In this document: one piece after another, positions 41,463 to 54,196 of the stretch
Numbering within the stretch: position 1 is the stretch's first letter
How the letters are laid out: every line of letters starts with the position of its first letter
Source: Eledone cirrhosa
Lineage: Eukaryota
Length of the DNA stretch: 64,000 nucleotides
Direction: 5' to 3'
Assembly (NCBI GenBank): GCA_964016885.1
Contig: OZ024740.1
Coordinates: forward strand, 420,360,001 to 420,424,000
Made by a program: the position numbers and the translations under genes
Notes under the pieces: model-generated
What the model saw: only the letters and a program-made list of their open reading frames with translations
Told to the model about the DNA's origin: nothing
The model's database searches: none

Positions 41463-41769
41463 GCGTTTGTTAAGAAAAGCAACCAGCTGTAGAAACTATA
41501 CCAAAACTGGAACTGTTGTGAATTAGATGTGCCCTTTCCCCTATCCCTTGCAGGTCTAAGGAACAGTAGCTCCAATTATGTAGTGAATTGGTCTGTAATG
41601 GCCCTGTCCTATTCTTACTTGCATGGAAAAATAGGTATAAAATGATGTGAATATACACAAGCACATACAGACATTCATGAAATATATTTAGAAAAATAAT
41701 TCCTCATTGTTTAGGCTTATATCTATATATATATATTTATATATATATATTTATATAAATATATATATA

Positions 41770-41839
<70 letters not shown>

Positions 41840-41891
41840 TATTTATATATATTTATATATATATATATTTATTTATATATATTTATATATA

Positions 41892-41929
<38 letters not shown>

Positions 41930-41933
<4 letters not shown>

Positions 41934-42960
41934 TAAATCTACCAAAAATTTACGGTAGTGTCCAATCCGTATGAAGTACTCAATGTAATCCGGATATCAT
42001 GAAAAGAGAAGATGCATTCAAAAACTATTTTCGGTGAAAATTAACGGAAAACAGAGTCAAGATAAATTAATAAAGTAATGAATAAACAGTTCCTTATATT
42101 AAAAAAATTCATCATTTTACGATCGTTTCTAGGATATATATGTGTTAGTGTTGGTATGCATATTCTATAGATCTATGTAAAATATTTATACAAACTATCA
42201 GAGGGAATATACATACCTACACATATATATGCTGTCTTCAGAAATAATGATATTTGTTTATTGAAAAAACAAAGATTTAATACAATAGGTCTGTTTGGGA
42301 ACAGGTTTTGAATTGACCAATAGAAAGTTAGTGAAGGTCAAGATAGTAATCTAGTAGTAAAAGAACCTTAATTTATGGGTAGAGGAAGGTAGATTTCAGT
42401 TTTGGATGGGAAAGAATATTATGAATGAAAGATTATTTTAGGGATGAAAATAGGTTGTATGCTGACCTCAGAAATAATTATATTTGTTCATAGAATGAAA
42501 CCAACAAAGATTTGATATAGTCTGTCTGTTTGGTAACAGGTTTAGAATTAACCAATAGAAAGTTAATAATTGGCCAAATGGTAAAATAGTAGTAATTGAA
42601 GTTTATTTTAGGGGTAGATGAAGGTAGATTTCAGTTTTGAATGGAGTGTGAAGAATGAGAAGGTTATTTTAGGGGTGAAAATAGGTCAGGTCAGTAAAAG
42701 GTATATGAACAGTTGCTGTTATAAAATAGTAATGCCAATGCAAATATCTAAGGAGACTAAAATTTTACGATAAGAGTGTTAGTGAAAAAAATACATCCAT
42801 GAAAAGAATATAAATTAATTTAATTGATGGGTATATTTATATTGATAAAATTATACTAATGCATATAGATATGATAAATAAGAGTTAGATGTAGTTGAAG
42901 AGTGCTGTTAAAGATGAGGGGAAATTAAAAGAATATAAAAATGATATATATATATATATA
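41930..42960 (-). mobile_element. Naiad-type PLE family B, second copy, 3' end with tail (continues at 47115-48815)
   Basis: Tail + hammerhead + 3' UTR; interrupted at an internal (TA)n by the full-length RTE. Confidence 0.88.
42109..42250 (-). ncRNA. Hammerhead with long stem II (family B)
   Basis: Same fold as 14929-15070, GUA cleavage triplet. Confidence 0.78.
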
Positions 42961-42961
42961 T

Positions 42962-45900
42962 ACCCCCCATCCCTCTCTATACATATAAGATAAATCCCTA
43001 CCAAAATTAATCACAATCGCCAACTCGCTATTTCTGGGATGGCTGTTCTTGCGGTATAAAGTAACGTTCAAATATTTTTCTCGATTCTTCTCTCCATTCG
43101 AATCCATTCATTCAATTACTATTCTATGTCCTAATTTCACACTATATCATATTTTCACCATTCTATATCATATTTTTTCTCTAAAAATCATATTTTCCCT
43201 ATCACCGCATTTTCTCTATCATATTTTCTTAAACAAAACAAATCTTGTATTTTCGTTTATTGTTAAATTAGGCCCAAAATACGGCGATCTTATCTTAAAC
43301 CTTACATTCTTGCTAACAACACATCATCCCTCCCACCCGCCCCCACGCACCACCATTATTACGTGGACCAATCATAAGTCAGAGGCCCATACTATCGCCT
43401 AACTGGTTGCTTTTCGATATGATGGATGGATGGCGGAATTCTGGAGAGTTGAAGAGAGAAAAATGTGGACGAGAATGCAAGCACTCCGCCTTGTTTCGGC
43501 CCAGGATGGCTAACATAACCCCATCCCCCCCTCCGCGCCCCACCGCTCCCACCCTCCAAACGCAATCCAAAACTTCAGAGTTGGTACCATGAATGTAGGC
43601 ACCTTAAAGGGTCGCTCTAACGAGGTTGTAGAAATGCTTGAACGTAAGGAAGTCGATGTTTGTTGTATCCAAGAGACCAGGTGGAGGGGAGGGTCGGCTA
43701 GATTCAGCGTGGGTAAAGAACGATGCTATAAGCTTTTCTGGGTGGGAAATGACAATGGGTTGGGTGGGGTAGGAATCATGGTAGCAGAAAAGTGGGCAGA
43801 TAAGATAATAGACGTAAATAGAGAGAACGACAGAATAATTAAAATAAGACTTGTCCTCAATAAAACTACGGTGACAGTAATATCTGCGTACGCACCACAA
43901 TCCGGACTGCCCGGTGCTATAAAAGACAGATTCTACGAGACACTGATGCTCGCTACCTCCCAAATAACCGACAGTGACTATATAGTTATTGCAGGCGACC
44001 TAAATGGTCACGTTGGACAGCATTGTGACGGCTATGACGGAATCCATGGAGGCTATGGGTTCGGTACTAGAAATGAGGAAGGCTCCAGAATCCTGGAATT
44101 CTGCGACGCAAATAACTTAACTATCTGTAACACTAACTTCAAAAAACGAGACAATCACTTGATCACCTATAGATCGGGGGAACACACAAGCCAGGTAGAT
44201 TATATCCTTACCAGAAGACGTGACAGAGTGTCTGTTGTTAACACTAAATCCCTCCCCCATGAAGAATTCACCTCCCAACATAGACTGATAATTAGCGACC
44301 TCATAGTCAGGACGAGACGTACTAGACAGCGGAAGAGGACTATCCTCAGGAGAAAAATATGGAAGCTAAAGGACCCCATAGCCAGAAATAAATTTCAAAG
44401 CATATTACTTGACGCTTTCGACAGTAAGGAAGAGCAATTAGAGTCGTATAATATAGAGGAACAGTGGGAATTCCTGAGAGCAAACCTGCTGACGGCGGCA
44501 GACGAAGTCTGTGGCTGGAGCAGGCCTGTAGGTAGGAGGAGAGTAACATGGTGGTGGAACAGTAAGGTGGAGGAGTCAATTAAGGCCAAAAAGCAGGCTT
44601 GGAAAGCATGGCGGGATGGGGGAAGTAGAGAAGACTATCAGGTGGCCAGGAGGGAAGCTAGGAGACAAGTGTACTTCGCAAGAAGGGAAGCAGAGGAAAG
44701 AAAGTTCAAGCATGTTCTACAACGTGAGGACCAAAAACGTGAGGTGTTCAGGATTGCCAGGCAATGTGTCAAGGAAAACCGTGATATTGTCGGGGAGAAG
44801 TGTGTGCTTAACGATGATGGCATACTTGCCATCACCGACGCTGATAAGAAGATAGCTTGGAAGTGTCACTACGAAAGGCTTCTAAATGAGGAGAACAAAT
44901 GGGAGAAAGACAGTCTCCCCCACATCGACCCAATAGAGGGACCAGCAGTGTTAGTCCAGGGTAGTACAATAAGCAAGGCAATCAAAGATATGAAGACGGG
45001 TAAGGCGGCTGGTCCTTCGGAAATAGTTGCTGAGATGCTGAAGGCATCTGGTTCGGTGGGACACACATGGTCACCCGGATAGTTAACCAAGTCGTACAGA
45101 ATGGGGTTGTTCCGAAGGACTGGCGTAGCAGCATCATCGTTAACTGCTATAAGGGAAAAGAAGATGCCCTAGATAGGAGTAACTATAGAGGCATTAAATT
45201 AATCGACCAGGTCATGAAGGTCACGGAAAAAGTAATAGCGCAACTAATCAGAAAGAGAATTGATCTAGATGAAATGCAGTTCGGATTTGTGTCAGGCAAA
45301 AGTACCACAGACGCTCTTTTCATTGTACGACAACTACAGGAGAAGTACCTAGCTAAAAGTAAACCCCTATACTTAGCTTTCGTCGACTTGGAGAAAGCCT
45401 TCGACAGAGTCCCCCGTTCCATTATCTGGTGGTCTCTTAGAAAACTAGGTGTTGACGAATGGCTTGTGAGAGCTATACAAGCCATGTATAAAGAAACAGT
45501 CAGTAAGGTTAGAATTAACAACGAATATAGTGAAGAGTTTAGCGTAAAAGTTGGTGTCCATCAGGGCTCTGTTCTTAGCCCCCTACTATTTATTATTGCC
45601 CTTCAGGCTATAACAGAGGAGTTCAAGACCGGCTGCCCATGGGAACTCCTATACGCAGATGATCTAACGCTCATAGCTGAATCAATGACCGAACTAGAGA
45701 AGAAATTCCAAACATGGAAGCACGGCCTAGAATCAAAAGGCCTTAAAATTAACCTGGCTAAGACTAAAGTTCTAGTTTGTAGGAAAGAAAATAAGGCGGC
45801 AGTCCCATCTGGGAAATGGCCATGCTCAGTGTGTAGGAAAGGCGTAGGTAGAAACTCCATTTTATGTCCCAAATGCAAAGTATGGGTGCATAAAAGATGT

Positions 45901-47114
45901 AGTGGGATCACAGGTAAGCTAACTAAGAACATAGATTTTACATGTGGCCAGTGCTCTGGTGCAATAAGTAGCAGCAAGTGCCCACAAAATACTAGCTCCT
46001 TCAACTGCGCAGAGGGTTCTATAGAAATAGTGGACAGCTTCCGTTACCTGGGTGACAAAATCAGCAGTGGGGGAGGGTGCTCTGAAAGTACAGTAGCTAG
46101 AGTCAGAAGTGGATGGAAAAAGTTCAGAGAGCTTATACCACTATTAGCCGCTAGAGGGTTCTCCCTAAAAATGAAAGGCAGGTTGTACGATGCCTGCATA
46201 CGAACAGCAATGCTGCATGGCAGTGAGACCTGGGCATTGTGTGCAGAGGATATACGCAGACTAGAGAGGAACGAAGCTTGCATGCTCCGCTGGATGTGCA
46301 ATAGTAATATACGTGAACGGCAAAGCATAAACGAACTAAGGAAAAAATTAGAAATAAGAGGGATCAGATGTTGTTTACTCGAGAGAAGGCTACGTTGGTA
46401 CGGTCACGTGATGCGCATGAAAGACGACAGCTATATAACAAAGTGCAGGGCAATAAAGATAGACGGTAGCCACGGAGTAGGCAGACCCAGAAAAACATGG
46501 GACGAGCTGATAAATTCCGACCTCACACGCTTACACCTCTCCAAGACAATGTCACTGGACCGAGACCTTTGGCGGTACTCAGTAATAGAGAAGACCCGCC
46601 TTACCTAAATACAAAGTAAAAACCTACTACAGTCAGTAGGCATCTCTATCAAAACACCCCCCGTCCCACCACCTCCACCCCATCCACACCGCCCCTTTCA
46701 ATGTACAGTTATGTTGGTCCCACAACATCCAGGCCGAAACAAATGAGATGGTGTAGGTGTCACGACAAAAAACACACAGTCCACGCTGTAAATGTGGCCG
46801 TGTAGGCAACACGGTAAAAACCTCCCAGCCCCACACTGTAAATGTGGTTGGTGTTAGGAAGGGCATCCAGCTGTAGAAAACCCGCCAGACAGTCCACGCT
46901 GTAATGTGGCCGTGTAGGCAACACGGTAAAAACCTCCCAGCCCCATACTGTAAATGTGGTTGGTGTTAGGAAGGGCATCCAACTGTAGAAAACCCGCCAG
47001 ACAGTCCTATGCGAGCAAGACAACCACTCTTGCCTCAAGTGGGAAAACCCCACGTCCAAACCCATGCAAGCGTGGAACACGGACGCTAAACCTGATGATG
47101 ATGATGATGATGAT
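42962..47114 (+). mobile_element. Full-length RTE-clade LINE (5' UTR, APE-RT ORF with one frameshift, 3' UTR, (TGA)n tail)
   Basis: APE motifs NVGTL/IQET/GDLNGH/QVDY and RT motifs; TA on both sides; duplication of about 112 bp in the 3' UTR (46778-47000). Confidence 0.96.
43589..46608 (+). pseudogene. RTE APE endonuclease + RT with PHD-like finger, broken by a 1-nt deletion at about 45065
   Basis: ORFs 43589-45082 and 45067-46608; gggacacacatgg here vs gggacacaccatgg in sister copies. Confidence 0.92.
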
Positions 47115-47156
47115 GATATATATACATATATATACACACACATACACACACACACA

Positions 47157-47188
<32 letters not shown>

Positions 47189-48815
47189 ATACATATACAT
47201 ATATACATATATACATAGATACACATACATATAATTATTGGGGGGGGGGGGGTTAAATTTATAATAAATATATAGAGATTTCAAGGAACATAGAGTCATA
47301 ACCTGAAATTAAAGCATTATATATGTCTACTTAATGGTATCAGTTTTAGGAAATGATAGTTGTAAGAAGGAAAGTAAAATTATGTAGTTCATCAGTAGTA
47401 GAATATTAATTATAGGTTAACTAAATTAAAAACAGTTTATATATTAATTTCTAAGATGTATATTAATTAGGTTTATAATATTTAAAGGTTTTTCTCAGTT
47501 TGTGATTACACGATATTATTAATTCCTGTCGCTTATTTAATAGGATATCCTTAGATTTCATTATTTCAAATAGTTCTTGGGAACATAATCTACATTCATA
47601 TCTATTATTTTGATAAGGGGTGGCCCTTTTGAGCACACTCAAGGTCAGGTCATAATCTATATTCCTCTTTCTATAACTATTAATTATTTCAGCTAGAGAT
47701 GTTGTATTAGCTAGTGCGGCATTTTTAAAGCTATGTTTGTGGGTATTAAATCTTACCTTAAATTTGTTAGAAGTAGCTCCTATATATGAATAAATTGAGT
47801 TCTTAGTGTTAACTTTACATTCATATACTATGTTATTAACAAGGCAATTTCCTTTTAATGGGCAGTTTGCCTTGTTTCTACAGTTACAACTTTTCGTGAA
47901 TCCTGTATCCGAGGAGATATTATGGTTAGTTTGATGTACTGGTGGTATACTCATGGTTTTTTTTTACATTTATATGCATTGTAGGCACTTATATTTTGTT
48001 TTATGTTTTTGGTTGTTGAGTAGGAGAATTTAACCGTTGATCTATTTAAAATTTGATGGTATTTGTGGTTTGGCGGGAAGTTCTTCTCTAGGATATTAAA
48101 GAATTTTTTAGGTATATTATCCTTAATTTGTAAATTAAATGGAGCATTATACCAAGTAACTCGTCTATTACGGTTTCGATGTTGTTTATTGTTTTTATAG
48201 GATGTATCCTGATGTTTATTAAGAGAATTATTGTTAATGACTTCACCACACACATTTTTAGTTAGATTTATTGATTTAGGTGTTTTAGCTTGTTTATTAG
48301 GAGTTTTATTATTACCATTTATTAGAGTTGTAGGATGAGTGGTTTTTTTGAGAGTTACTATATTGTATATTAGAAGAGTTAGAGAAATTTGGTTTTATGT
48401 TGGTATTTTGGAGTATAGTGTGAGTGGCATTTAGGTGTGTATGTTTCATTTGGTGTTTGTTGGTAATATTAGGTTGTATGTTTGTAGTGTTATTGGTAGA
48501 AGGTATATATACTAATCTATTTTTGTGGCCACTTCTGGCTAGAGCTTCGTTATAAAAGGTCGCATTTTTATCAAATACATCTTGGTTAGACGAAAGGTTA
48601 GAAATTGTAAGTGATATATTATATGCAAGGTTTTTAAGGATAGATTTAGGGTGATTAGATTGTGAGTGTATGTAGTGTAAATTTTGGTTGGGTTTATGGT
48701 AAGGTTGGTAGATACCCGTAGATAAGTCTAATGTTATATCAAGGAGATTAACTACTTTACTTGTGTTTTCAAATGTAATATCTAGACTATAATAGTCTTT
48801 AAGGAAAGTTCTAAT
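47115..48815 (-). mobile_element. PLE family B second copy: rest of 3' UTR and frameshifted ORF C-half (thumb, linker, GIY-YIG), 5'-truncated
   Basis: ORFs 47463-47954 and 47951-48253 homologous to the 814-aa ORF; frameshift in a T run at about 47960. Confidence 0.92.
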
Positions 48816-48911
48816 TATATATATATCTCTTTATATATATATATACATTTATATATATATATATATTTATATATATTTATATTTATATATATATATATAT
48901 ATATAAATATT

Positions 48912-48949
<38 letters not shown>

Positions 48950-48997
48950 TATATATATTTATATTTATATATATATATTTATATATATATAAATATT

Positions 48998-49028
<31 letters not shown>

Positions 49029-49038
49029 ATATATATAT

Positions 49039-49372
49039 CATCATCATTCATCATTTCATTTTACGTCCACTTTTCCTTGATTGCAAGGGTGGGACGGGCC
49101 TGATTCTGGCTTGATTTCTACAGCTGGATGCCCTTCCTAACATCAACCTCATTTACAGTGAGTGCTGGGTGCTTTTTTGCCGTGGCACCTCCACAAGCAC
49201 TTTGCATGATATGGACCCCAGTCCCTATCATCTCATTTCTACAGCTGAGTAAACTGGAGCAATGTGAAATAAAGTGTCTTGCTCAAGGAAACAACACATC
49301 ACCCGGTCTGAGAATTGAACTCACAACCTCTCGATTGCAAGGCCAATGCTCTAACCACTAAGCCATGTGCCT
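49039..49372 (-). mobile_element. Complete SINE: tRNA-like head with RTE-derived 3' tail
   Basis: Head matches 5385-5545; tail gttaggaagggcatccagctgtagaaa...ggacgtaaaatg..(atg)n is shared with the RTE 3' UTR. Confidence 0.8.
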
Positions 49373-49594
49373 CCATTATTTATATATACATATTTATATA
49401 TACATACTTACATTTAAGTAAGTGCCATACTAAGAGTGAGAAATGAAATTTCGTTTTCATTTTTTTTTCAACTTATCGTTTTCGGTATACGTGACCGATT
49501 TAACTCACTCAATATGCAAATTAGGCTGCTCAGCCGTTAATTTTCATGAGGAAAGTATATACTTTCGAACGTTCAACTATCTGGCAGATGGGTA

Positions 49595-49639
49595 AACGGT
49601 GCTGATGATAGCTAACAAGCTTGAAACTAGTACATCGTT
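49595..49639 (+). ncRNA. Minimal type I hammerhead
   Basis: aacggtg CTGATGA tagctaacaagctt GAAAC ta GTA catcgtt; predicted cut after 49632. Confidence 0.85.
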
Positions 49640-49814
49640 CCTGTGTTAGTGTTGAACAAAAAAGTGACGTGGTTGCCTTAACACCGTATGGCATAAATTC
49701 AGGCTGTTCGGTTTGTTGACAAACAAACGAACAAAGCGGCGTTATAATAAACGTCCGCTAAACTGATGCTTGCATATATGTATGTGTACCTGCGTGTATA
49801 TGTATGTGTATATT

Positions 49815-49874
<60 letters not shown>

Positions 49875-50111
49875 TGCTACTGTACGTCTGTATACATATA
49901 TGTATGTACGTATACATACATACTTACATTTAAGTAAGTGCCATACTAAGAGTGAGAAATGAAATTTCGTTTTCATTTTTTTTTTCAACTTGTCGTTTTC
50001 GGTATGCCTGACCGATTTAACTCACTCAATATGCAAATTAGGCTGCTCAGCCGTTAATTTTCATAAGGAAAGTATATACTTTCGAACGTTCAACTATCTG
50101 GCAGATGGGTA

Positions 50112-50156
50112 AACGGTGCTGATGATAGCTAACAAGCTTGAAACTAGTACATCGTT
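50112..50156 (+). ncRNA. Minimal type I hammerhead
   Basis: Identical motif; predicted cut after 50149. Confidence 0.85.
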
Positions 50157-50319
50157 CCTGTGTCAGTGTTGAACAAAAAGGTGACGTGGTTGCCTTAACA
50201 CCGTATGACATAAATTCAGGCTGTTCGGTTTGTTGACAAACAAACGAACAAAGTGGCATTATAATAAACGTCCGCTAAACTGATGCGTGCATATATGTAT
50301 GTGTACCTGCGTGTATATG

Positions 50320-50361
<42 letters not shown>

Positions 50362-50806
50362 TGCTACTGTACGTCTGTATACATATATGTATGTACGTAT
50401 ACATACATACTTACATTATATATATATATATTTATATATATTTATATATATATATATTTATATATATATATATATTAATATATATTTATATATATATATA
50501 TTTATATATATTTATATATATATATATATTTATATATTTATATATATATATATTAATATATATACATATATTTATTAATATATATATATATATTAATATA
50601 TATATATATATATATTTATTAATATATATATATATATTAATATATATATATATTTATATATATATATATTTATATATATTTATATATATATATATTTATA
50701 TATATACATATATTTATTAATATATATATATATTAATATATATATATATATTAATATATATATATATATTTATTAATATATATATATATATATTTATTAA
50801 TATATA

Positions 50807-52993
50807 TGGCACACTTGCCATCACCGACGCTGATAGGAAGGTAGCTTGGAAGTGTCACTATGAAAGGCTACTAAATGAGGAGAATAAATGGGAGAAAGAC
50901 AGTCTCCCCCATATCGACCCAATAGAGGGACCAGCAGTGTTAGTCGAGGGGAGTATAATAAGTAAGGCAATCAAGGATATGAAGACGGGTAAGGCGGCTG
51001 GGCCTTCGGAAATAGTTGCTGAGATGCTGAAGGCATCTGGCACGGTGGGACACACCATGGTCACCCGCATAGTTAACCAAGTCGTACAGAATGGGGTTGT
51101 TCCGAAGGACTGGCATAGCAGCATCATCGTTAACTGTTATAAGGGTAAAGGAGACGCCCTAGATAGGAGTAACTATAGAGGCATTAAATTAATCGACCAG
51201 GTCATGAAGGTCACGGAAAAAGTAATAGCGCAACTAATCAGAGAGAGAATTGACCTAGACGAAATGCAGTTCGGGTTTGTGTCAGGCAAAAGTACCACAG
51301 ACGCTCTTTTCATAGTACGACAACTACAGGAGAAGTACCTAGCTAAAGGTAAACCCCTCTACTTAGCTTTTGTCGACTTGGAGAAAGCCTTCGACAGAGT
51401 CCCCCGCTCCATTATCTGGTGGGCTCTTAGAAAACTAGGCGTTGACGAATGGCTTGTGAGGGCTATACAAGCCATGTATAAAGAAACAGTCAGCAAGGTT
51501 AGAATTAACAACGAATATAGTGAAGAGTTTAGCGTAAAAGTTGGCGTCCATCAGGGCTCTGTTCTCAGCCCACTACTATTTATTATTGCCCTTCAGGCTA
51601 TAACAGAGGAGTTCAAGACAGGCTGCCCATGGGAACTCCTATACGCAGACGACCTGACACTCATAGCGGAATCAATGGCCGAGCTAGAGAAGAAATTCCA
51701 AACATGGAAGCACGGCCTAGAGTCAAAAGGACTTAAAATTAACCTGGCTAAGACTAAAGTACTAGTTTGTAGGAAAGAAAACAAGGCGGCGGTCCCTTCT
51801 GGGAAATAGTCGTGCTCGGTGTGTAGGAAAGGCGTAGGTAGAAACTCCATTTTATGTCCTAAATGCAAAGTATGGGTGCATAAAAGATGTAGTGGGATCA
51901 CAGGTAAGCTAACTAAGAAGATAGATTTTACATGTTGCCGGTGCTCTGGTGCAATAAGTAGCAGCAAGTGCCCACAAAATACTAGCTCTTTCAATTGCGC
52001 AGAGGGTTATATAGAAATAGTGGACAGCTTCCGTTACCTGGGCGATAAAATCAGCAGTGGGGGAGGGTGCTCTGAAAGTACTGTAGCTAGAGTCAGAACT
52101 GGTTGGAAAAAGTTCAGAGAGCTTATACCACTATTAGCTGCTAAAGGGTTCTCACTAAAAATGAAAGGCAGGTTGTACGATGCCTGCATACGAACAGCTG
52201 CATGGCAGTGAGACCTGGGCATTGTGTTCAGAGGATATACGCAGACTAGAGAGGAACGAAGCTTGCATGCTCCGCTGGATGTGTAACAGTAATATACGTG
52301 AACGGCAAAGCATAAACGAACTAAGGAAAAAATTAGAGATAAGAGGGATCAGATGTTGTTTACTCGAGAGAAGGCTACGTTGGTATGGACACGTGATGCG
52401 CATGAAAGTCGATAGCTGTATAACAAAGTGCAGGGCAATAAAGATAGACGGTAGTCACGGAATAGGCAGACCTAGAAAAACCTGGGACGAGCTGATAAAC
52501 TCCGACATCACACACTTACACCTCTCCAAGACAATGTCACTGGACCGAGACCTTTGGCGGTACTCAGTAACAGAGAAGACCCGCCTTACCTAAATATATA
52601 GTAAAACCTACTCCAGCCAGTAGGCATCTCTAACAAAATACACCCCGTCCCACCACACCCACCCCCACCCCATCCACACCACCCCGTTCTATGTAAAGTT
52701 ATGTTGGTGCCGCGCCATCGAGGCCGAAACAAATGAGATCGTGTAGGTGTCACGACAAAAAAACACACAGTCCACGCTGTAATGTGGCCGTGTAGGCAAC
52801 ACGGTAAAAACCTCCCAGACCCACACTGTAAATGTGGTTGGTGTTAGGAAGGGCATCCAACTGTAGAAAACCTGCCAGACAGTCCTATGCGAGCAAGACA
52901 ATCACTCTTGCCTCAAGTGGGACTACCCCCGTCCAAACCCATGCAAGCGTGGAACACGGACGTTAAACGTTGATGATGATGATGATGATGATG
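50807..52993 (+). mobile_element. 5'-truncated RTE LINE with a stop and a frameshift
   Basis: ORF pieces 50937-51809, 51819-52211 and 52180-52593; (TGA)n tail; TA flanks. Confidence 0.95.
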
Positions 52994-53081
52994 ATATATA
53001 TATATATATATATATTAATATATATATATATATATGTTTATATATATATATATTTATTAATATATATATATATATATTTAT

Positions 53082-53119
<38 letters not shown>

Positions 53120-53170
53120 ATATTAATGTATATATATATATATATATTAATATATATATATATATATATA

Positions 53171-53250
<80 letters not shown>

Positions 53251-53260
53251 TATATATATA

Positions 53261-53715
53261 TATATGAAAAAGAACACAAGAGCGTCTACAACATCAAAAG
53301 ATTTTTATTGGCTTACAATGTTTCTTCCTTACGTAACCGTACGATTCGTCAGATCTATAAAGGGGGTTTGATTGGTGTTATGGAGTAAACTAGGACCCAC
53401 ATCCCACCCTCCCGCACCAAAATTAGACTTATCGTCCCCTACTTTTGCTCTTTACTCTCTCTACTTTTTGTTCTTGAATGTTTGGTTGGTAGAGTCCATA
53501 ACACCAATCAAACCCCTTTTATAGCTCTGACGAATCCTACGGTTACGTAAGGAAGAAACATTGTAAGCCAATAAAAATCTTTTGAGGTTGTAGACGCTCT
53601 TGTGTTCTTTTTCATATATACGGCTCTGCTCCAAAGCATAGAGCTAATTATTATGCTGCCAATACCTTAATGGTACACGGGTATACGATACGTAACTCCT
53701 ATTAACCTAAGTATT
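53261..53715 (+). mobile_element. Small PLE-type insertion: inverted arm (53261-53383), spacer, direct arm (53495-53620) and tail
   Basis: Inverted repeats of about 125 bp, each with a hammerhead; TA flanks. Confidence 0.82.
53517..53576 (+). ncRNA. Type I hammerhead (inverted, more degenerate copy at 53303-53361)
   Basis: ttttatagct CTGACGA atcctacggttacgtaaggaa GAAAC att GTA agccaataaaa. Confidence 0.75.
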
Positions 53716-53731
53716 TATATATATTAATATA

Positions 53732-53824
<93 letters not shown>

Positions 53825-53895
53825 TATATATATATATATATTAATATATATATATATATATATATATATTAATATATATATATATATATATATAT

Positions 53896-53958
53896 CATCA
53901 TCATCATCATCATCATCATCGTTTAACGTCCGTGTTCCACGCTTCCATGGGTTTGGAT
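53896..53958 (-). mobile_element. 60-nt RTE 3' stub in (TA)n
   Basis: (cat)n cgtttaacgtccgtgttccacgcttccatgggtttgga. Confidence 0.85.
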
Positions 53959-54105
53959 ATATATATTAATATATATATATATATATATTAATATATATAT
54001 ATATATATATATTAATTAATATATATATATATTAATATATATATATATTTATATATATATATATATTAATATATATATATATATATTAATATATATATAT
54101 ATATA

Positions 54106-54157
<52 letters not shown>

Positions 54158-54196
54158 TATATATAAATATATATATATATATATTAATATATATAT

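Larger units (their letters stand above)
49400..50416 (+). mobile_element. Tandem dimer of a 517-nt non-coding hammerhead element (retrozyme-like)
   Basis: Two near-identical units, each with one hammerhead and an internal (TA)n; third copy at 58187-58738. Confidence 0.85.

Noticed and set aside
42962-43100. HDV-like ribozyme at the RTE 5' end
   Set aside because: Could not identify the nested double pseudoknot by eye; needs a motif search
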